A program made the position numbers and the translations under genes. A DNA stretch of 64,000 nucleotides, taken from assembly GCA_902530685.1 (NCBI GenBank), contig CACAAZ010000001.1, positions 31,090-95,089 on the forward strand. Direction: 5' to 3'. The notes beneath the pieces were generated by a model, which saw only the letters and a program-made list of their open reading frames with translations, was not told where the DNA came from and searched no databases. This DNA is from an uncultured Alphaproteobacteria bacterium. Lineage in GTDB: Bacteria > Pseudomonadota > Alphaproteobacteria > HIMB59 > GCA-002718135. Position 1 is the stretch's first letter. Each line of letters starts with the position of its first letter. Below, piece by piece: positions 58,362-64,000 of the stretch.

Positions 58362-59048
58362 GTGATAGATTTTTTTTCTAAGTTACGAGATAATCGTATA
58401 TTCCAATTTACTGTTGTAATCATTATAATTCTTAATGCTGTATTAATTGGAGCCACTACTTATGAATTAGAACCTTTATTTTTAAACTTCATACATCTTC
58501 TTGATTATGCAATAACAATTTTTTTTGTTATTGAGATCTTAATTAGATTTATTGGTGAAAAAGAGAAAAAAAACTTTTTTAAAGATGGTTGGAATATATT
58601 TGATACAATTATAGTTGCAATTTCACTTATCCCTATTCCTAATAATTCAAGCTACCTAGTCTTACGTTTACTTAGAATATTTAGAGTTTTAAGATTAATT
58701 TCAGTAATACCTGAATTAAAAAAAATAATTGAAGCAATACTTGCATCAATCAAAAGAGTTTTCTATGTTAGTCTCCTTCTTTTTATAATTCTCTATATTT
58801 ATGCAACAATGGGATCAATTTTATTTGGAGAAAATGACCCAGCAAGATGGGCAGATCTTGGTATTTCACTTATTACGTTATTTCAAGTTTTAACATTATC
58901 AAGTTGGGAAAATGTTATGCTTCCAATGCAAGCAATTTATTGGTGGAGCTGGATTTATTTTTTTAGCTTCATTACAATATGCTCAATTACAATATTAAAT
59001 TTAGTAATTGCCATACTGGTAGACGTTGTAAATCACCAAAAAAAATAA
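58362..59048 (+). CDS. Bacterial voltage-gated sodium channel, NavRh-like
   Basis: S4 LRLLRIFRVLRLISVIPELK. Pore LFQVLTLSSWENVM with a TLSSWE filter. Overall very close to my recollection of NavRh from alphaproteobacterium HIMB114. Confidence 0.85.
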   Translation: MIDFFSKLRDNRIFQFTVVIIIILNAVLIGATTYELEPLFLNFIHLLDYAITIFFVIEILIRFIGEKEKKNFFKDGWNIFDTIIVAISLIPIPNNSSYLVLRLLRIFRVLRLISVIPELKKIIEAILASIKRVFYVSLLLFIILYIYATMGSILFGENDPARWADLGISLITLFQVLTLSSWENVMLPMQAIYWWSWIYFFSFITICSITILNLVIAILVDVVNHQKK

Positions 59049-59154
59049 ATATTTATTGAAAAAAAGGTTAAATTTTATTAGAATTATATTAAATTTTAAT
59101 AACGATAGCAGTAACAGCAACCTGCATAATCAAAACTGAAGATGGAGGGAAAAA

Positions 59155-59613
59155 ATGTTTGAAAAAAAAGAAGATAATTCAAGTTTTACTGCCGATGTAT
59201 TTAGACCGACAAAAGGATCTGCTAAAGTAGTAATTGGCAATGGTGTATCTATTAATGGTGAAATAAAGAAAGCCGATGAAGTTCAGATAGATGGAGAGGC
59301 AGACGTAACAATGAAAACTGATAATTTGGTAATTGGTGTAACAGGAGAATGTAAAGGCGATATTGAAACTCATAATGCTGATATTTGGGGTAAATTTGAT
59401 GGTGATATTAAGGCATCAGGAACGCTTACAATTCAAGAGCAAGGAAGTGCATCGGGGAAAATTGAATATCAAAATTTACAAATTAAACTAGGTGGTCAAA
59501 TTAGTGGAGATATTAAATTATCTGATAAAATAAAACCTATTAAAGAGCAAAATACATCTGTAAAAGATGATAGTATGTCTTTACAAGAAGCAATGAAGAA
59601 GGATGAAAAATAA
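59155..59613 (+). CDS. Bactofilin
   Basis: Repetitive beta-helix pattern (I.G.I....V.I.G...G.I....L.I...G...G.I). SD GGAGGG upstream. Confidence 0.8.
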   Translation: MFEKKEDNSSFTADVFRPTKGSAKVVIGNGVSINGEIKKADEVQIDGEADVTMKTDNLVIGVTGECKGDIETHNADIWGKFDGDIKASGTLTIQEQGSASGKIEYQNLQIKLGGQISGDIKLSDKIKPIKEQNTSVKDDSMSLQEAMKKDEK

Positions 59614-59745
59614 TTAATAATTTAATTAATTTTTAAGATTTAAAAATTATTGATAATGAAAAAATCATAGCATCATCCTGATACTATTTCTTTTTAAATA
59701 ATTACAAGTTTAATTATTAACTATATAAATTATTACTTCAGTAAT

Positions 59746-60987
59746 CTAATTGCACCATTCACCTTGTTTAAAAATTGGAATCATATTTCCATTTTGATCT
59801 TTACCTAAAACATCAATTTTATCTGAACCAATCATCCAATCTATGTGAATCATACTTGAATTTCCACCTCTAGATTTAATTTCTTCTTTACTTAAATTTT
59901 TTTTACTTTTAAAACATTTAGAATAACATTGACCTAATGCAATATGAGAGGCAGCATTTTCATCAAATAAAGTATTATAAAAAGTTATACCTAGCTGTGA
60001 AATTGGTGAACTATGAGGAACTAAAGCTACTTCTCCTAATCGTCTTGATCCTTCATCTGAGTCTAAGACTTTGTGTAAAACACTTTCTCCTTTAGAAGCA
60101 CTAGCATTGACAATTTTCCCCTCTTTAAACTCGACTGCGATATCTTGAATTAATGTACCTTGATATGAAAGTGGCTTAGTTGAACAAACCGTTCCTTTTA
60201 CATTTAATGCATGGGGTGTAGTAAACACTTCCTCAGAAGGAATATTTGGATTGCATATTATACCATTCTGAGACTCAGAGGCGCCACCCATCCATTCATG
60301 ATCTTGAGCTAAACCAACTTCTAGAGATGTGCCTGGACCTGAGTAATGAAGAGATTGAAAATTCATAGAATTTAACCAATTAGTTTTTTCACGCAAATTT
60401 TTATTGTGATTATCCCATTCTTTAACTGGATCGTCAGATAAAATTCTAGATGCATGAAAGATTGCATCTCCAAGTTTTTTAACTGCTTCATCTTTTTCTA
60501 ATTCTGGAAAAACTCTTTTTGACCAAGCTGTTCCAGGCCATGAAATAATATTCCAATTAATTTTAAATTCAGTTATTCTCTCTCGTGCAGGTTTATATGC
60601 TAATGCATTAGCCTTATTTGCTCTAGATACTTTATCAGGATCCATGTCTGCTAAAAGCATCGGGTCATCACCTGCGATTGCCATTCTTGCTGTATTATTA
60701 TCAAATGATTCTGCCATTCCATTGTAAAGCCAACTAGCAGCTTTATCAAATGACTCATCATGAGCATATTTAAAACGTGATAACGTAATATTGGAATCTG
60801 TAAATAAAGGTGTGACTATTCCAGCACCTTCTTTATAGGCGTGTTCACAAATTTTTCTGACTAAAGGAATTGATTCCAATGGGGCGGTAATTAATAAATT
60901 TTGACCTTTTTTAAGAGCAACTCCTCTTTTAATAGATAAGTGAGCTAATTTATCTATATTAATTAAATCTAATTTAGTATCCATCAT
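59746..60987 (-). CDS. M29 (AmpS/PepS-type) aminopeptidase
   Basis: 413 aa. LAHLSIKRGV.LKKGQ.LLI N-terminus, EVFT.P and HIA.G motifs of the thermophilic metalloprotease family. Confidence 0.8.
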   Translation of the reverse strand: MMDTKLDLINIDKLAHLSIKRGVALKKGQNLLITAPLESIPLVRKICEHAYKEGAGIVTPLFTDSNITLSRFKYAHDESFDKAASWLYNGMAESFDNNTARMAIAGDDPMLLADMDPDKVSRANKANALAYKPARERITEFKINWNIISWPGTAWSKRVFPELEKDEAVKKLGDAIFHASRILSDDPVKEWDNHNKNLREKTNWLNSMNFQSLHYSGPGTSLEVGLAQDHEWMGGASESQNGIICNPNIPSEEVFTTPHALNVKGTVCSTKPLSYQGTLIQDIAVEFKEGKIVNASASKGESVLHKVLDSDEGSRRLGEVALVPHSSPISQLGITFYNTLFDENAASHIALGQCYSKCFKSKKNLSKEEIKSRGGNSSMIHIDWMIGSDKIDVLGKDQNGNMIPIFKQGEWCN

Positions 60988-61080
60988 TATTTAATTAGTT
61001 TCGAAAAATAAAAAAGTCTATAAAATTATAACTAAAAATATTTAATTTTTTAATTATCGATAAAGATTTTGGAGGTTGAT

Positions 61081-61404
61081 ATGATTAGAAAAGGTATGGT
61101 TAGAGCGATAAAACCAGAATATGTAAAAGAATATAAAAAGACACATTCAAATATTTGGCCTGAAATATTAGAAAGAATTACTAACTGCAAAATAAAAAAT
61201 TACTCTGTATTTGCCTGTGGGGATAAACTATTTAGTTTTTTTGAATATCACGGCGACAATTTTGATAAAGACTCTAAAGAAATGAAAAATAATAAAAAAT
61301 TTGAAGAATGGGAAAAATTTCATGAACACATGTTTAAACCTTTGGAAAACAAAAATACTGATGAAGGATGGATTGAATTAGAAGAAATTTTTAGGAAAAA
61401 TTAA
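61081..61404 (+). CDS. L-rhamnose mutarotase family protein
   Basis: MIRKGMVRAIKPEYVKEYKKTHSNIWPEILE matches the RhaM/YiiL family N-terminus. ATG at 61081 preceded by SD GGAGG; the ORF-track TTG at 61069 includes the SD. Confidence 0.7.
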   Translation: MIRKGMVRAIKPEYVKEYKKTHSNIWPEILERITNCKIKNYSVFACGDKLFSFFEYHGDNFDKDSKEMKNNKKFEEWEKFHEHMFKPLENKNTDEGWIELEEIFRKN

Positions 61405-61430
61405 AACAATTTAATGTGCCGCTAATTTCT

Positions 61431-61507
61431 TGGCGCGTCCGACAGGATTCAAACCTATGACCTATCGCTTAGGAGGCGATTGCTCTATTCATCTGAGCTA
61501 CGGACGC
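61431..61507 (-). tRNA. tRNA-Arg (anticodon CCT), CCA encoded
   Basis: The reverse complement folds as a cloverleaf: acceptor GCGTCCG/CGGACGC, D stem GCTC/GAGC, anticodon stem ATCGC/GCGAT with loop CTCCTAA, T arm ATAGG-TTTGAAT-CCTGT, then G-CCA. Confidence 0.9.
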
Positions 61508-61534
61508 ATAATAAAATAAAATTCATTTTTTGGA

Positions 61535-61717
61535 TTAAAAAAAAGATAAGATGACACATAAAAAAGCAATACCAAAAAAAATATTCATTATTCTATTTAT
61601 AATTATTTTCTTTTTATCTAATAACTCTTTATTACTTTTTAAATAATAAAAAAAACAACCAATAACAAAAAAAGCACAACCGGCAAAATAAATATACAAT
61701 TGTGTATCATTCATCAT
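61535..61717 (-). CDS. Small 2-TM hypothetical membrane protein
   Basis: 60-aa ORF with two hydrophobic helices. Nothing else supports it. Confidence 0.3.
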   Translation of the reverse strand: MMNDTQLYIYFAGCAFFVIGCFFYYLKSNKELLDKKKIIINRIMNIFFGIAFLCVILSFF

Positions 61718-61763
61718 AAAATTAAGTAATTCTATTTTTTTTTAAATATTTATTCATAACTAT

Positions 61764-62426
61764 TTAAAAAAACTTTCCTACAAAATATAAACCAAATGAA
61801 ACTGAAAAACCAATTCCAACAGCATACAAAATTGTACCTATGCCAACTATTCCACCTAAATAAAAACCTAAAATAACCGCACTTAATTCTAAAAGAGTCC
61901 TTATTAATGTAAAAGACATTCCTGTTTTTTGTTGTAGTGCTGTCATTAATCCATCTCTAGGTCCTGGTCCTAAATTTGCCACCAAATAAAACCCACTTCC
62001 TATTCCCACTAGTATAATAGCAAATAATACCTGAATTAGTTGTAAATAAATATTACTAGGGCCTGGTAAATAAGGAAAAGAAAAATCTAAAACTATAGAA
62101 ATAATTATAGCATTCATTATAGTTCCAATACCTGGCTTTTGTTTTAATGGCACCCAAAATATTAATACAATAACACTTACTAAAAAAGTAGTAATACCAA
62201 TTGTATATCCGCTAATAAATGATATGCCTTGATGTAGAACAAACCAAGGGCTAACTCCAATGTTAGCTTTTACAAGTAAAGTTTCCCCTATACCAAATAA
62301 AAATAGTCCAATTATTAAATAAAGAATGGTCAAAAACTTAGGTTTTAAGTTTAGCTCATCATTTGAACTCCATTCTAAATGTGGAATTTTTTTTAATGTA
62401 AAAATGTGTATAATTTTTTTAATCAT
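61764..62426 (-). CDS. Polytopic membrane protein (YczE/YitT-like, tentative)
   Basis: GETLLVKANIGVSPWFVLHQGIS resembles the G.G.SPWDV motif of YczE/YyaS/YitT proteins. Confidence 0.5.
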   Translation of the reverse strand: MIKKIIHIFTLKKIPHLEWSSNDELNLKPKFLTILYLIIGLFLFGIGETLLVKANIGVSPWFVLHQGISFISGYTIGITTFLVSVIVLIFWVPLKQKPGIGTIMNAIIISIVLDFSFPYLPGPSNIYLQLIQVLFAIILVGIGSGFYLVANLGPGPRDGLMTALQQKTGMSFTLIRTLLELSAVILGFYLGGIVGIGTILYAVGIGFSVSFGLYFVGKFF

Positions 62427-62480
62427 ATTGAAATTTTTAAGCTTGATGAAAAAATTTATTTAAATAAACTATAAACTAAG

Positions 62481-63509
62481 ATGACTTATAAAGCACAATC
62501 AAAAAGATATACTAAATTAATATATAGAAGATGTGGAAATAGTGGCTTACTTTTACCACCAATAACTTTAGGTTTATGGCATAATTTTGGTGGAAAAAAT
62601 AGTATGCTTAACGAGTCAAAAAAAATATTATTTCGTGCTTTTGATAGAGGAATTACCCATTTTGATTTAGCAAATAATTATGGACCACCATATGGTTCAG
62701 CTGAAAGTAATTTTGGGAAAGTATTAAATAAAGATTTAAAAAAATATAGAGATGAATTAATCATTTCAACTAAAGCAGGTTATGATATGTGGCCTGGACC
62801 TTATGGTGAATGGGGTTCAAAAAAATATCTTTTAGCTAGTCTTGATCAAAGTTTAAAAAGAATGAAGGTAGATTATGTTGATATATTTTATTCTCATAGA
62901 TTTGATCCATTGACTCCTTTAGAAGAAACCGCAGATGCACTTGCTCAGTCAGTAAAGCTAGGGAAAGCTTTATATGTTGGAATTTCATCTTATTCTTCTA
63001 AGCAAACCTTAAAAATGAATAAATTATTAAAACAAAGAGGCGTACCATGCTTGATCCATCAACCTTCGTATTCAATGATTAATAGATGGATTGAAAAAGA
63101 TTTAATAAAAACATTAAAAAAACTAGGAATCGGATGTATTGCTTTTTCACCATTAGCTCAAGGCATGTTATCAGGAAAATACTTGAAATCTATTCCTAAA
63201 ATTTCTAGAATTTCCGATAATTCATCACTAGATAAAAAAATGATTACCGAAAGTTATTTAACTAAAATTAAACAATTAACTAAAATAGCTAAAAAAAGAA
63301 ATCAATCATTACCTCAAATGGCATTATCTTGGGTTCTTAGACATAAAAATATGACTTCAGCTCTTATTGGAGCAAGAACTGTTGATCAACTAGATGAATG
63401 TTTAGATAGTCAAAATAATTTAATATTTTCTTCTAATGAATTAAAAGAAATAGATAAGTTTGCAAAAGAAGAAAATATAAATCTTTGGTCAAAATCAAGT
63501 AAAGACTAA
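62481..63509 (+). CDS. Aldo/keto reductase (YghZ/Tas-like)
   Basis: GLWHNFG, FDLANNYG, D.FYSHR.D and SPLAQG.L.GKY motifs. Confidence 0.85.
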   Translation: MTYKAQSKRYTKLIYRRCGNSGLLLPPITLGLWHNFGGKNSMLNESKKILFRAFDRGITHFDLANNYGPPYGSAESNFGKVLNKDLKKYRDELIISTKAGYDMWPGPYGEWGSKKYLLASLDQSLKRMKVDYVDIFYSHRFDPLTPLEETADALAQSVKLGKALYVGISSYSSKQTLKMNKLLKQRGVPCLIHQPSYSMINRWIEKDLIKTLKKLGIGCIAFSPLAQGMLSGKYLKSIPKISRISDNSSLDKKMITESYLTKIKQLTKIAKKRNQSLPQMALSWVLRHKNMTSALIGARTVDQLDECLDSQNNLIFSSNELKEIDKFAKEENINLWSKSSKD

Positions 63510-63584
63510 GAATGGAATATTAATTAACCAATTTTTTAGATAAGAATCATTAATATTTTGATAATTAATACTAAAGGAGATTTT

Positions 63585-64000
63585 ATGGCTGAATATATTC
63601 TAGAAGCAGGAGGAACAATGGCATTTACATTCCATGTTTTATTCATGCTTTTTAATTTATTTATTATTTATCAGTTCTATTTTAATGATAAATTTTTCAA
63701 CGAATTAGGTTTTTCCAATGAGGAGCCTAAATTGGTTTTTAGAGGACCTTTAGGTGCAGTTTTTCTTACAATGCTATTAATGTCTGTATTGTTAACTTTT
63801 GATGTAACTGGAAATACCTATGAAGAAAATGTAGTACAATATAAATTCTGGTATTCATTTTTATTCATGCTTATGGCAATAGCTTTAATTAACTCAGTAG
63901 TTAGGTATTTTAATCTAGTAAACAACTATGGAATTACTCCAAATATAAGAGGTGTAATGTTTCCATTAGTTGGATTAATTATAATTATTCTTAGAACTAT
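63585..64000 (+). CDS. Hypothetical multi-TM membrane protein (3' end outside window)
   Basis: ATG at 63585 after SD AAAGGAGA. The frame stays open to the window end (MAEYILEAGGTMAFTFHVLFMLF...). Absent from the ORF track because no stop is reached. Confidence 0.4.
   Translation, partial: MAEYILEAGGTMAFTFHVLFMLFNLFIIYQFYFNDKFFNELGFSNEEPKLVFRGPLGAVFLTMLLMSVLLTFDVTGNTYEENVVQYKFWYSFLFMLMAIALINSVVRYFNLVNNYGITPNIRGVMFPLVGLIIIILRT

Noticed and set aside
2140-59373. Short ORF-track entries antisense to or nested within strong genes: 2140-2334, 2489-2674, 2708-2908, 3153-3467, 4448-4678, 19392-19577, 21351-21629, 24368-24589, 36039-36248, 41452-41676, 42156-42431, 42181-42426, 43666-43854, 47133-47429, 52644-52859, 56515-56949, 59179-59373.
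   Set aside because: Each lies entirely inside a longer ORF that has clear family motifs. Their peptides are low-complexity Ile/Phe/Ser/Leu strings typical of antisense frames in AT-rich DNA, and none has a visible SD.
13794-61080. ORF-track start codons at 13794 (gcvH), 18131 (MazG-like), 39796 (cobB), 55451 (PLP enzyme) and 61069 (rhamnose mutarotase-like).
   Set aside because: In each case a downstream ATG sits at the proper distance from a clear SD (GGGAG, GGGAGA, AGGAG, GGAGG) and matches the family N-terminus. The track start either lies inside the upstream gene or swallows the SD.
61431-61507. tRNA-Arg(CCT) as the integration site of the island.
   Set aside because: The tRNA 3' end does face the variable region, but it is 22 kb from the integrase. 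It is separated from the island by ~4 kb of core-like genes (EamA, Nav channel, bactofilin, aminopeptidase). By eye I found no copy of the tRNA 3' segment near 38.56 kb or 57.36 kb, only 7-9 nt AT-rich matches such as TTTGAATCC at ~37196. A computed repeat search is needed to close this.
1-64000. CRISPR arrays, rRNA genes, IS elements/transposases, tmRNA, RNase P, SRP RNA.
   Set aside because: I saw no regularly spaced direct repeats, no rRNA-like conserved blocks, no transposase-like ORFs or terminal inverted repeats, and no intergenic space large enough apart from those already discussed.

Overview
This is a very AT-rich, tightly packed bacterial chromosome segment that reads as SAR11/Pelagibacterales-like. 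The lineage call is inference from gene content. It rests on the alphaproteobacterial synteny argS-SPOR-scpAB-tatABC-serS-pcm, a tandem glycine riboswitch ahead of gcvTHP, a DmdA-like GcvT-family gene, and a voltage-gated channel with the NavRh-type TLSSWE filter, which points to the HIMB114/subclade IIIa neighbourhood. About 1-38.5 kb and 57.4-64 kb look like core genome, with many start/stop overlaps and almost no intergenic DNA. About 38.6-57.4 kb is a mosaic genomic island. It opens with a tyrosine integrase and mixes visibly higher-GC cargo blocks with an ultra-AT-rich block.

Two things stand out. (1) At 45.3-51.4 kb there is a tight minus-strand array. It holds a Cas4/RecB-like 4-Cys PD-(D/E)XK nuclease, a 34-aa C5-methyltransferase stub, an 836-aa fusion (Vsr/DUF559-like nuclease, SF2 helicase, unknown ~330-aa C-terminal domain), a Zn-ribbon N6/N4 methyltransferase and a complete C5 methyltransferase. 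This fits none of the standard R-M types or the DISARM/BREX layouts I know, so it is a candidate atypical defence system. (2) A ~690-nt intergenic gap, huge for this genome, sits upstream of the glycine riboswitch. It holds two near-identical 114-nt promoter-to-terminator units, which are candidate paired sRNAs, stacked attenuators or mini-ORFs that I cannot assign to any known RNA family.

Other notes: an HTH/small-terminase-like gene with an in-frame TGA plus a diverged truncated second copy 13 kb away; a photolyase-family protein with apparently permuted domain order; and a cysE/CBS-like/CGL-like cluster. I found no rRNA, CRISPR array or IS element. All homology calls are from motif recognition by eye, not from searches.
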